A stretch of DNA of 63,294 nucleotides, counting the filler, from Octopus bimaculoides (Eukaryota), in assembly GCF_001194135.2 (NCBI RefSeq). It is 5 parts of 5 records of this genome, joined end to end, with 100 filler letters (N's around TTAATTAATTAA, not from the genome) between each part and the next. Parts side by side here need not be neighbours in the genome. Positions count along the whole stretch, not along the records: positions 1 to 29,301 come from NC_068987.1; 4 more parts are not named here. The stretch is one strand, 5' to 3'. Both the position numbers and the translations under genes were made by a program. The notes under the pieces were generated by a model. The model saw only the letters and a program-made list of their open reading frames with translations, was not told the DNA's origin and made no database searches. Each line of letters starts with the position of its first letter. Positions within the stretch are counted from its first letter, which is position 1. Positions 13,321 to 25,566 of the stretch are shown here, piece by piece.

Positions 13321-13647
13321 ATTTAATGGCCTATAAGATGCACCTTTTTTTAAACCCCAAAATGGCTTTAAAAATCCCCTTGCGTCCAATGCACTCAGTG
13401 TAGGATCAAAACGGTATGTATGTTTACAAAACGTGTGCTGCCATTTATTGGTGCATAATCGCCTACGGTATATTTATATCGAATGTGGATGCAATACATT
13501 GCTTATAATTACCGGGAATAACAAAGTTATACAGGTAAGTGGAGGAATTGAAACATTATTTTAGTGGTCATTTATTGTACAAAAGTATAGCCTAGGCTAG
13601 GGTGCGTCTTATACACACGTGCATCTTATAGGCCATCAAATACGATA
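13321..13647. mobile_element. MITE, Tc1/pogo-like
   Basis: Perfect 18-bp inverted repeat ATGGCCTATAAGATGCAC (13326-13343) / GTGCATCTTATAGGCCAT (13619-13636); subterminal GGTGCGTCTTATA repeat; right end AAATACGATA. Confidence 0.75.
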
Positions 13648-14248
13648 ATTAATTAATGTTATTTAGACTGAAATAATAAGGACAATGGTGATGACATCTA
13701 CTGCTATTTAATACATACAATTTTTTTATCTGTCATAGTCAATGTGTGCTGTGTTATGAATTTACTAACCCAGTTTTCTAGCGATGATTACTCATTAACA
13801 TCGTCAATGTAATATGTACACAGCACTCCTTGCATGAATTAATTGACTCATTGAATTAATTGACTTTCAACCACAAAACGTAATTTCCTTTTGGAAAGAA
13901 GGTGGTGATTGGTAAAATCCGATATAGCGTTTGTCAAAATATCTATGATATTTAGTTACCTTCATAAGTGATTTTGAATTGAAATCCTGTTATGGCCCCT
14001 AACTGATTCTGAGTTCAAATCTTTGATATTTAGTAATGCCTATTGACATAACTAAACTTGTGAGTTCAAATTCCTTCAGAAGGTTGATAAAATAAATACC
14101 CAACAAGAACTGTAGTTGATATGACACACTGCACCATACATGGCTGGATTCCAGTATGGGCAATGATTGAATTCTTAAGAAGATTTAACGAGTAGTATTC
14201 ACTATTAATTCACTATCAATGCTTTACAATATTTAGTTGTCATTGTGT

Positions 14249-14570
14249 GAAGGTGCGTGGTTTAGTGGTTAGGGTATTCGGCTCACGATCGAAAGGTCGT
14301 GAGTTCAATACCTGGGGACACGTCATATCCTTGAACAAGACACTTTGTTTCATGTCACTCCAGTCCACTCGGCTGGCAAAAATGAGTAGTACCCGTATTT
14401 TAAAGGGCCAGCCTTGTCACACTCTGTGTCACGCTGAATCTCCCTGAGAACTACGTTAAGGGTGCATGTGCCTGTGGAGTGCTCAGCCACTTGCACGTTA
14501 ATTTCACGAGCAGGCTGTTCCGTTGATTGGATCAACTGGAATCCTTGTCGTCATACCTGATGAGGTTCCA
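14249..14570 (+). mobile_element. OR2-like (CORE-type) tRNA-derived SINE
   Basis: tRNA-like head, CCTTGAACAAGACACTT core, and a 3' tail shared with 44432-44813. Confidence 0.85.
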
Positions 14571-14846
14571 ATTAAGTCATCATTGTATTACTCCTAGTCA
14601 ACTAACCTTCATTTCACAATCATTCTAATATAACATTTTAAGTCACTCCCTTTTATCTCAGTTTAAATAAATGTATACTCCTAGTTAGCTAAGAAGGTAT
14701 CAGGGCATTCAATTAAAAATACCATAATTCCATTATAAAGCTAACGTAGTTTTATTGTTTTGCAGCAAACAAATTGATCAATATATTACCAAAACGTATA
14801 ATAACGTATAATACCGGAATTATGAATATTTTACGAGCATTTTAGT

Positions 14847-15490
14847 AACATATTTGTACACTCATAGAACTCGCAGAGTTTTCATTTAACTAAAACTATC
14901 ATGCTCCTATCATTGAGTCAACACATTTTACTGCCATATAACAAACAAACAGATTTATCGTTATATAACTGGAAGGAATACTAAAGTAATTACATTTTAT
15001 CGTCTTTTACACAGCATATTTGTACAACCGCTCGACTCGCGAATTATTTGTTCTTTTAACTAAAACTCTTGTTCTCGTTATTAAATTAACACATTGTTAC
15101 TGCTGTATAACAAACAAACATATTTATCTTTATATAACTGAACGGAATACTAGTTAAAGTAATTACATTTGATCTCTTCTTATGTAACATGTTTGTACAA
15201 GCGCTTGACTCGCGAAGTATTTGTCTATTTAACTAAAGCTTTCATGCTTCTATCATTTAGTTAACACATTATACTACCGTATAACAAACAAACATATTTA
15301 TCGTTATATAACTGAAAAGAATACTAGCTAAAGTAACTAATATTTTATCTCCTCTCATGTAACAGATTTGTACGAGCGCTTGACTCGCGAAGTATTTGTC
15401 TATTTAACTAAAACTCTCATGTTCCCATCATTTAGTTAACACATTTTTACTGCCGTATAACAAACAGATTTACTGCTACATAACTGAAAT
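14847..15490. repeat. Tandem repeat with ~166-175 bp unit, about 3.7 copies
   Basis: Units start at 14847, 15013, 15186 and 15361 (AACATATTTGTAC...GACTCGCGAA...TTTAACTAAA...ATAACAAACAAACA). Confidence 0.9.
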
Positions 15491-15995
15491 TAATGTTACT
15501 CTTTCAATAACCGACATAATTTAATATCGGTGAAAGGGAACGCGAGGCATTAAAGCGTTGAACTAAATTCTATTTAGTTCCACCCTCACAGGCACGATAA
15601 AATGACTGCCTTTATGACGTGAAGGTTGCTACGGTCGATTAATCCTCTGGTCATGTGATTATTCGAAAGAAATCTATATTAATGAGATTCGCTTCTTGAC
15701 TTTGGTGATGATGGTTATTGCTAGTCGACATTTATGCTGTTGCTGCTGTTGTCACTGTTAATTGATCCTTGGTCAGCTATAGTTGTACAAACCTACGGTT
15801 TATATTTAGTAAAGCAGCAAAATCTGAAGAAACTAACGATATTTCAGTATTGACAAATAAAAGCAGATAGGTGGCTAATTGGCAGACATGTAATATTGCG
15901 GCACTTATTCCTACATTCTGAGTTCAAATCCGCTGCATTTCCGTGTAGTAACTCCATCGTGTTTTAAAAGTTGAATTAACAAAAGCGGTATTGAT

Positions 15996-16212
15996 TTTAA
16001 GTTTTGGTACAAGACCAGCACCTTGGGCAGAGGGGATAAGTCGATTACATCGGCACCAGTGTTTCACTGGAACTTAATTTATCGATCCCGAAAGGATGAA
16101 ATTGTAAGGCAAAATCGATCTTGGCGGAATTTGAACTTAGGAAGTAAAGATAGACGAAATACCGCTAAGCTTCCTGCCCAGCGTGCTAACAATTTTGCCT
16201 GTTCACCACCTT
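15996..16212 (-). mobile_element. SINE family A
   Basis: Reverse-complement similarity to 5435-5660. Confidence 0.85.
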
Positions 16213-16712
16213 ATTAAGAAAAGAGAAAAAGCATGTCATATTGATTCTAGTTTCTGCCTTTGATAAAAGAGCAATCTACTAGGAAACACGTAACAGGTAT
16301 GTCTCCCTTTAGTTTTCTCAGAGCAATAAGTAACGGCTTTTCATACGGGCCGACAGCAATAAATAGAAGCATGTCTGAGATGTGAACAATAATTTCAGAA
16401 GTTATCAGCAGTTTTAATATTACCTCAAACGCCCAGCTCCTTCGCATATATCCTATGAATTATCCGCATGCGCACGCACACGCACACACACAGACACACA
16501 TTCCCACACACACCCACACGCATATACATATGTTCTGACTCTCAGTCGGATACGACGACGTGTGCTCCACTTCTTAGAGAGATTCAGAGTGACGGTGTAA
16601 CAAACAAAAAAGAAAAAAACCCATCCAATTTTGAATTATAGAAACAACTCATTTTTGTCACCTGATTGGAATAGAGAAATAAGAAATAAAGGGCTTTGCA
16701 TAAAGACAAACC

Positions 16713-16786
16713 TGCGCCGCCAAGAGTCGAACTCACGATTTGACGATCGTAAATCGAATCTCCTAGCAACTAATCTGCGCACGTTC
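16713..16786 (-). mobile_element. Degenerate OR2-like tRNA head
   Basis: Reverse complement ...TTACGATCGTCAAATCGTGAGTTCGACTCTTGGCGGCGCA resembles the 14249 head. Confidence 0.5.
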
Positions 16787-17327
16787 ACCAAATTCACACA
16801 AACACACACACACACACATACACACGTACACACGTGTGAAATATTTCCTGTTTGGTTTTAAATTGCATCTAACCACAACCACCTTAAGTATTATATGTGT
16901 GTGTGTGTACATGTGTATTTGCGTGTCTGTGTATATGTTACTTTGTCTTTTATCATTTCTCTTTTTTACCAGAGACTATGAACATGCTACGGCACTACCC
17001 TTTGTCGGAATGCTTTTTCTTGCAATCTCACTTCGTGGCCTTCTCTTCCGAAATATTTCTAATAAAGTAGCGACTAAGACAAAGTTTCTCTCCTTTATGT
17101 CCTGTCACAACGTGTGTTCATTTCAACATATCCTCATCTACACTACGCAGACATCTGAGTGCTGTTTCTCAGGTATTATACCATATTATATGTTATATTA
17201 TATTGTATCACATCATACTAGTAGGACCCGTGGAAATTCCACGAAACGGAACAAATTAAGAGGACCTATTTAAGAAAGAAAGGATGATATGCATATTTTT
17301 AGCATTTACAGTTTAGCGACCCCATCC

Positions 17328-17669
17328 CATATTACACTTAAGGACCACACACCTAACTTTCACTCCAATCACACAAATCCAGGCTGAACAAAAGTGAGAT
17401 AGGTTTTATTAGCAAACGTATTTTTGATACCATCAACTCCGATATCAGAAGAGCTACAGGGTTGACATTAATGGAACTCCAGCGCAGCCGTGGTCAACTG
17501 GTTCCGAGGTATCGAGTATAAATCATCCTGTAGACTCACCCAGTTCGACATTGTTGACTTCTATCCTTACATATCCAAGCCCCTTCTTCTGAAGGCCCTA
17601 ACATTTGTTGAGCAATACACCAGCATTAGTGACCTTGACATCGGAATTTACATAAATGCCAGAAAGTAA
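17328..17669 (+). pseudogene. Penelope-like element reverse transcriptase fragment, frameshifted
   Basis: Translates HITLKDH...KSEIGFISKRIFDTINSDIRRATG / WNSSAAVVNWFRGIEYKSSCRLTQFDIVDFYPYISKPLLLKALTFVEQYTSISDLDIGIYINARK*; matches PLE motifs ITLKDHK, KSEIG and FDI-x-x-FYP. Confidence 0.85.
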
Positions 17670-17670
17670 A

Positions 17671-18124
17671 TTTCTACTAGTTCCTCAAAAGTTATGATGA
17701 GATTTTGTTCCACCAGGGATCGCAGAAGGTCCTCATCGAGCTCTACAGATTTTCCAGGACGAGGCTTGTCTTCTAGACTGTAGTTTAGGGCTCGAACTTT
17801 CTGTAAACCACTGTTGACACTGACTTACGTTTCTTGTCTTATCCCCATATACTGCATTAATATTCCTCACACTTTCCGTTGTGTTGTTACCTTTGTTGAA
17901 TTCATAAAGCAAAATATGCCGAATATGCTCCTTTGTCACTTACAGTGGAGCTTTGAAAATATAACTGTTAAAATCAAACTGCACGCTTCAGGACTTGTAC
18001 TAAGAATAAACACAAGGTAAAATTACTACCTGCTTTTATGGCAAGTTGATGCTGGTAGTTTATCCAGTCCCTTTCCTACTTTTAGTTGAAAAAACCGCAT
18101 TATTTATGGGATGACTGACCTAAT
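17671..18124 (-). mobile_element. Mariner transposon 5' fragment (TIR plus transposase N-terminus)
   Basis: TIR-like TATTAGGTCA..TCCCATAAATAATGCGGTTTTTT; translation TKEHIRHILLYEFNKGNNTTESVRNINAVYGD...QCQQWF and, after a frameshift, LEDKPRPGKSVELDEDLLRSLVEQN. Confidence 0.9.
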
Positions 18125-18350
18125 ATATATGGAATACCATCGGAAGTACACATGTTCTCAATACTACTTCTACCATATATTGTTTTCTATATTAAGGATA
18201 TTGTAATAAACATAAGCATATATATATGTATGTAAGTACATATATGTGTGTGTGTGTGTGTCTGAAAACCAGTGGATAGATTCCACTGAAATTAGATAAA
18301 TAACCTTCGAACAGATAGTCAGCAGCGCCGACCGGCTGGAGCTTGGCTGC

Positions 18351-18392
18351 TCTGCATTGACAAGGGGCAACACCCTGAAACTAGTCTGCAGA
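18351..18392 (+). ncRNA. Minimal type I hammerhead ribozyme-like motif with U3-A8 core
   Basis: Stem I TCTGCA/TGCAGA; core TTGACAA; stem II GGGG-caaca-CCCT; GAAA; palindromic stem III AC-TA-GT; C17 at 18386. Confidence 0.7.
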
Positions 18393-18738
18393 TGCCAAAC
18401 CAGCAAGGGGAAACTGCTGACCTCCCCTGTTCGAAGGTTATAAAGGACACAGGTTTCGTGTGTCACATAGCTAGCTAGAGGCGATGGCTTCTTGGCTTCT
18501 TGGCTTCTTGGAGCCAATTCACGGCAGCTTTCGTCCTAATTTTGGGACTGCCATGTTGGCTTGGCGATAACTATTAATTATATATANNNNNNNNNNNNNN
18601 NNNNNNNNNNNNNNNNNNNNNNNNNNNNNNNNNNNNNNNNNNNNNNNNNNNNNNNNNNNNNNNNNNNNNNNNNNNNNNNNNNNNNNNNNNNNNNNNNNNN
18701 NNNNNNNNNNNNNNNNNNNNNNNNNNNNNNNNNNNNNN

Positions 18739-18788
<50 letters not shown>

Positions 18789-19915
18789 TTATAAATATAC
18801 ATGAATATTTATGCATATATATACATATATATATATGCGTAACGTATATATTCCCATATGGAGATAAGGATATATATGCTTATATAATTTTACACAGACA
18901 CACAAAAATATATGTTTACTGACACACACGTATAGAGGCTCAGGAATATCACACACACACACACACACACACACACAAATGCAAACACACAGGTTACTGC
19001 GTAAAAATCCTGACAGCATTTCATTGTACTAATATCTCTTATATATTACAGTTTTCAAACATGTATACAATTTTTTTCATTTGCATTGTTCAAATCATTA
19101 ACCTTTTCACATAAATACTTGCAATGTTTGGTATTTATATTCTTTCGGCTAATTTGATATTTTCCATTCAGAAGAACATTGTTAAATAAAAAAGGAAAAA
19201 AAATAAAAGCATGGTTCTCAACAACCGCATTTTAATTAATTGCTAGAGCTCAATATCGTTGACAAACGTAATTATTAAACAATAAACGTATATATATCGA
19301 GATGGTTGTTGTAAGTTTTGCTTTTGTCTTTTTCTGGTGGAGGAAACTAAATGCCAAATGAAGAGCGTTTCTAGCGGTGTCTTGATATTGAGGTAAAGAG
19401 GAATATATACGATTGTATGTAAGTGTGTATATGACAATTCATAAATATATATATATTCACATCTATGTGTATATTATATATATATTTGCATTTATGTTTA
19501 TATATATATGTGTATATATATATATGTATATATATTCACATCTATGTGTATNNNNNNNNNNTATATATACATTTATATAAACATATATATGTACATAAAA
19601 CTGTATATGTATATGTGTGTGTGTGTTTGTGTGTTTGTGTTTATAGATATACATACACAATGCAAACATATATACCTATTCATAAAGATATTTACTTCTT
19701 GATTCTTATTTCTATCTTTGTATAGATTTGTATATATGTATCTAACGCACACAAACATATACACACACACGTATGTGTGTGTGTGTGTGTGTATAATATA
19801 TATATACATACATACACACGCAATCACTCGTACACACAGACAAATATATGTATGTATATATATATATATATACGTATGTGTATATATGTGTATGTATGTA
19901 TGTATAGCTATCTAT

Positions 19916-19973
<58 letters not shown>

Positions 19974-20333
19974 GCACAGACGCACAAACAAACACATACA
20001 TACACACACAAACCTGCATATATGTGTTGAGTGCGTTTGTGTTTCATGGATGAAAGTGATGGATAGAAAGTCTAAGGCGGTGTGAAAGGAAATGTTTGCG
20101 ATTACTTATCTTTTCCTCGTTCTACGTATACAGTCATATACACGTATATACACACGTATACAAATATTATACACACACTTATATATAAATATGTATATAT
20201 GAATTTGTATATGTATGCACATATTTCTGTATGTCTGAATGCATGAATCTCATGTGAAGGTATCTTATATGACTGAGTTTATATACTAAAGATAAGATGC
20301 TTCCTTCCATTTGCACGTACGTGTATGTGTACC

Positions 20334-20423
<90 letters not shown>

Positions 20424-21039
20424 TGTATGTATGTATAATATTATAAAGATATATATATTTATATATATGTATATATGAGTGCATATACATATATATACAC
20501 ACACACATATATATAGTGTAAGATAAATTATATAAAACAACCAGAAAGAACACTGTAGTGTAATTTATATTATTTAGTAGAGTACCTAGTGGTGTTACGT
20601 TCTGTTTGCCAGACTTTCATTCTTTGATTATAAAAGCCAGCGGTGCTATCACTCGAGACCGAACTTTAGGGAATCGTATATAGACAGACATTGATTCTAT
20701 TTCATACGTCTTGATATCAATGTCTTCTTCCTGTCATGTGTGATAAAATCTAGAATCAGTTTGAGCTACAAAGTATAGGAAAAATTCATAATTTATTTTG
20801 TAAATTACATATTAATAAATGTTGAAGCTATTTTATGTTTTAACACACAATAAGGTAGGTGATTTCATAAACGTTAACGGCATTAATATTCACATGATTT
20901 GGGAATGTCTTATGTAACTGCTTGAATTCTATAAAATTATACAACTTATGTAACTGGAATTTTTTAAATGGCGTGGTTACATTAAAGGTGTACAAATTTG
21001 GCTGCAAATCTATTATTGTTATGTGTATGTAACTAGTGA

Positions 21040-21630
21040 AGTTTTAGCAAATACTTGTCGCATTGGCATCGTCTGCCAAAAGAAAAATCATTCCGTTGAT
21101 AAGTTCACGCATTTACGTAGGGCTATACTGTTCAATATAATGACCTTTTCTGCTGTGCATGAATGACACCATAGCGTAGCATCAAAATTTGGTCAGTTTC
21201 ATTCTCGAACTTTTTCTTTGTTATTCGGTAGTTATTAGTATTATCTTTTATTCACCATATGTAATTAGAAATGGCTGTTGTCTTCTCATTTTCATATGCT
21301 TGAAGAAAGCTATGTAGTTGAAGTACCGCTGCTTCAATTTGCCCTATCAGTTGCCATCGGTTGATAAGTTGGAGTTTTTAAGAGATGACTTCAGCTTCAT
21401 ACACTAATACTTCGGATTTACAAGTCAAGTGGATCGGTGCTAGTTATTTGGTCTATTCGTTCTGATATGCGTAATAAATACAATAAATGACATTCAAACA
21501 GCTTCTGCAAGAATTTTGATGTAATTGTGTTGGTTTGAGAATATTTATCTAGTAGTGCGAAGAAACTTAGAGCAATGAGAGAATTGTACATTTAACCAGT
21601 AAGGAGATATGAACCAAATAATATTCCAGA
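21040..21630 (-). pseudogene. Penelope-like element C-terminal linker and GIY-YIG endonuclease, heavily decayed
   Basis: Successive minus-strand blocks NIIWFISPYWLNVQ, FFALLDKY, PLD..EVLVYEAEV, KQRYFNYIAFFKH, TTAISNYIW*IKD and CHSCTAEKVIIL match PLE consensus order. Confidence 0.75.
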
Positions 21631-22044
21631 CCTGTTGGCAGATTGGGACGACGGTTTGCTTACTTGAAGAATTGGCTAAACTGCTTGCATGATATGGGGA
21701 AGCCCTATATATGTTCTTTCCGGTTAAAGGGAAGCTAGAAGTGATCGCCTTTATATATTTAAACAGCGTTATTAGGAGTCCATATCTAGTATTTACAAAT
21801 GTTTGTTTCTCATTCAGTTAATTGTTAAGGTATATGAGCGTTATCGTGTAAGCTGTTGGCGTCGCCAAATAAATTCAGGGCATATAGGCTGGGCTTATAA
21901 ACTTGATAGGGTAAATGAGATGATATCCAAATATCTAAATGCTTATAAATCATGTCGTCTAGCGTGTATAGAAATCCATTATCAATAAAAACTGAAGTTA
22001 TTTGATATGTATCGGTGTGAGTGTGTATTTATGTATGTATAAAT

Positions 22045-22380
22045 GTGAAAGTGCATGGCCCAGTGGTTAGAGCGTCGAGCTAACGATCGTGAGCTTGTGA
22101 GTTCAATTCCCGGACCGGGCTGCGTGTTGTGTTCTTGAACAAGGCACTTTATTTCACATTGCTCCAGTTAACTCATTTGTAGGAATGAGCTGCGATATCA
22201 CTGGTGCTATGCTGTATCGGCCTTTGACTTTCTCTTGGATAATACTGGTGGCGTGGAGAGGGGAGGACGGTATGCATGGGTGACGGCTGGTCTTCCATAA
22301 ACAACCTTGCCCGGACTTGTGCCTAGGAGTGTGATTTTCTAGGTGCAATCCCATGGTCAGCCATGACCGAAGGGGGTCTC
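22045..22380 (+). mobile_element. OR2-like/CORE SINE with a third tail type
   Basis: A/B boxes, GTTCTTGAACAAGGCACTT core, tail ending CATGACCGAAGGGGGTCTC. Confidence 0.8.
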
Positions 22381-22835
22381 AGCAATGTGCGTGTAAGCAT
22401 GGACACCAAACGATAGATATACGGTAATTAAGAGCCCAATCAAAAACAGGTCTTAAGATCCAGACATGTTATTTCATTGCAGTTAATTCAACTAGGCTTA
22501 TATTTACCTGATTATCTATATACATAATCATCTGAAATGATATTTAAAAGCAACACATTTAGTAGAAAGTTAGAAAAGCATAAATTTCACACACAGTTCT
22601 CACATTAAGTCTGCTCAACAGATGTTTCATTCAGATAAACATTATTAAATACATAATTACATAAATTTGATACATACAAAGATGTTTGCCAAAATGAAAC
22701 AGCGGTTGAGCATGGTTAAAATGTAAATTACATGTGAAATTTATGGTTTCTGTTTTTATGCTAAATATATATCTATTCGTTGAGTTTTTGTGATCTAGAT
22801 GAGTAAGCTGTTCAAAAGTAGAGTACAAAATTTAC

Positions 22836-22979
22836 CTAATTTCAGTTGGCCTTGAGGTTTGCTTGTTCTACAGTTTCCACAACATTCTGCCCACTTTTCA
22901 AACAAGTCAATCTGACCCCAGTTTGAATTTACCTGAAGAAGCAGGAACACAGTCGTGCAAAGTCCAAAGTAACAAGATA
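22836..22979 (-). CDS. Candidate 144-nt phase 1-1 exon encoding a hydrophobic segment and Cys motif (SCYFGLCTTVFLLLQVNSNWGQIDLFEKWAECCGNCRTSKPQGQLKL)
   Basis: Acceptor gagtctag, donor TAG|gtaaat, frame open; an alternative donor CAG|gtaaat at 22932 would give a 47-nt exon. Confidence 0.45.
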
Positions 22980-24131
22980 CTAGACTCGTTTAAATAAACC
23001 ATATGCGTGCGCGTGTGTGGATGTGAACATTTACTTGCTATACGCCAGTATATGTATCTATCTAGAAAAATCGATAAACATTTCAACATTTATGTTGATA
23101 TACTCATAATGGAAGTTAATACATACATACATATATACATACATACATTCATACATACATACATCATACGTACATAGATACCTACATATACATACATACG
23201 AGCGTACATATTTAAATATGCGTTTGTGAGTGTGTATTTGTATGTATATTGCAAATGCGAAAATTACAACCTTACAGCATATAATACTATATATATGTAT
23301 GTGTGTATATAGTAAAATATAACATGTGTACATATAAAATAAAGGTATATAAATGTTATAGATATATATATGCAAGTGTGTCACTTTGAATACATGCGTG
23401 CTTGTGTATATGTGTGAGAGGCCTTAAGAACTTCTGTGTAAGTATTGTGCCGTTTTTAAGGGAGATAATTGCTATGAATATGTGCATCAAATGTCCCTGA
23501 AATATAGCAATATATTTCGTTGAATGAAAAAAATATACTTGGTAGAAATGGAAATTATAGCATTCAACAATTCTTCACAAACAGCAGTCATTAAAATGAC
23601 ATAAAAATCAAATACGTATACATATAGAAATACATATCAGCAGAAAGGAAGAGTCGAAAATTGTTAGTAGTAGGAGAAATATATTTAAATATCAAAAGTG
23701 ACGAAATTTTCGTGTTCAGATNNNNNNNNNNNNNNNNNNNNNNNNNNNNNNNNNNNNNNNNNNNNNNNNNNNNNNNNNNNNNNNNNNNNNNNNNNNNNNN
23801 NNNNNNNNNNNNNNNNNNNNNNNNNNNNNNNNNNNNNNNNNNNNNNNNNNNNNNNNNNNNNNNNNNNNNNNNNNNNNNNNNNNNNNNNNNNNNNNNNNNN
23901 NNNNNNNNNNNNNNNNNNNNNNNNNNNNNNNNNNNNNNNNNNNNNNNNNNNNNNNNNNNNNNNNNNNNNNNNNNNNNNNNNNNNNNNNNNNNNNNNNNNN
24001 NNNNNNNNNNNNNNNNNNNNNNNNNNNNNNNNNNNNNNNNNNNNNNNNNNNNNNNNNNNNNNNNNNNNNNNNNNNNNNNNNNNNNNNNNNNNNNNNNNNN
24101 NNNNNNNNNNNNNNNNNNNNNNNNNNNNNNN

Positions 24132-24190
<59 letters not shown>

Positions 24191-24256
24191 AACACACGTA
24201 CATATATACATATATTCACGTACATTTTTTAATGGAATACACAGAAGATAACTTAC

Positions 24257-24308
24257 CAAATAATGGAAGACAATTTATTCAATCGAATGTAAGAAAAGTG
24301 GAATGTAG
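24257..24308 (-). CDS. Candidate 52-nt exon (phase 1-2; TFHFSYIRLNKLSSII)
   Basis: Strong donor TTG|gtaagt, weak acceptor attatcag; in phase with the 47-nt version of the 22979 exon. Confidence 0.25.
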
Positions 24309-24489
24309 CTGATAATCATCTCCGTCACTGTTTAGAGTTTACCGCTACACAAGCGACCTTTCAGGCATTCAAAAATGGATTAGGTGTAGGTCAATATATG
24401 TCACCTGTAAGCCAGATTACTTGACTGAGAAAGGTTAGCATAATGTTGCTAATTCTAAGGGCCTAATCCCTTTCTTCCGTTTAAACATA

Positions 24490-24698
24490 GGTTTGAAACT
24501 TCTGCACAAGGCCAGCAATGTCGGGGATGGGAACCAGTCGATCACATCGACCCCACTGCTCAACTGTTTCTTATTTTATCGTTCCCGAAATGATGAAAGG
24601 CAAAATCGCCTTCGACGGGATTTGAGCTCAGAACGCAATGACGAACGATCTGCCGCTAAACATTTTGCTGGGTGTGCTAAGGATTCTGCCACCACACC
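24490..24698 (-). mobile_element. SINE family A
   Basis: Reverse-complement similarity. Confidence 0.8.
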
Positions 24699-24957
24699 GA
24701 TACTATTATGGATGCTGTTACCAATAACAAACAAAGGCTGCAATTGAATGACCTGTTAGATAATAAGGTTATTATGTTTCGTTCGTAAACGATATTCATA
24801 AGAAATTTGCTTTATGACGGCACACACATACCATCTCAGATTTCGTTTTTTAAACCATCTACATTATTGAGTTTATTACATAAATTAACATACTTATTCT
24901 CTATTTATGTACATGAGGATGCTTCCAAAATATTCGATTGTTTTATATTTTCTGTTT

Positions 24958-25216
24958 TATCTTTTACTTGTTTCAGTCAATGGACTGCGGCCATGCTGGG
25001 ACATTGCATTGAAGAATTTTAATCGAAAGAATCCACCAAGTATTTATCTTTTTTAAAGCCTGGTACATATTCTATCGGTCTATTTTGCTAAACCAATAAG
25101 TTACAAGGATATAAACGTACCAAAACCGGTTGTCGAGTGCCGTAGAGTGGAGGAACAAAGGCTCAAAGAAACACACACACACAAAGACACACGCAAAACA
25201 CACAGAGAAAAACACG

Positions 25217-25250
<34 letters not shown>

Positions 25251-25413
25251 TGCGATGGGCTTCTTTCAATTTCCGTCCACCGAACCCACTCAAAAGGCTT
25301 TGCTCGGCCGAGGTTATAGCAGGAAAAACACTTAACCAATTTTCTCCGCAATGGGACTGAACCCGGAATCATGTGGTTGCGGAGCACACTTCTTACCACT
25401 CATCCACATCCGC
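24958..25413 (-). mobile_element. SINE 'family C' (OK-like; CORE-like CCTTGGGCAAGT domain), full length, degenerate
   Basis: Homologous to 43324-43740. Confidence 0.85.
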
Positions 25414-25514
25414 ACTTATGTTATGGGGCAATTTTTTCCGATTTCATTATTTCCGAATTTTCTGGCATAAGGAGGTAACAACCAGTATATTTTCGAACTG
25501 TACCATATATGTAC

Positions 25515-25566
25515 CAGTTGCATGATGCTTTAAATTGTCTTCGAAATAAATCCTTGGTAATGTCAT
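25515..25566 (-). CDS. Candidate first coding segment (MTLPRIYFEDNLKHHAT, ends phase 1)
   Basis: ATG at 25566 in a frame open from 25620; donor CTG|gtacat; phase matches the 22979 and 24308 candidates. Confidence 0.3.

Noticed and set aside
14557-14563. Canonical CTGATGA hammerhead core
   Set aside because: No stem II or GAAA follows; it is a decayed SINE tail (44432 copy reads CGTAAGTGACTGAGTGCC here).
14847-15490. CRISPR-like array
   Set aside because: Whole units are homologous with no unique spacers, there are no cas genes, and the context is eukaryotic.
18523-18552. Minus-strand GTCC...GGACGAAA hammerhead half
   Set aside because: No CUGAnGA-type core upstream; kept only as a hairpin.
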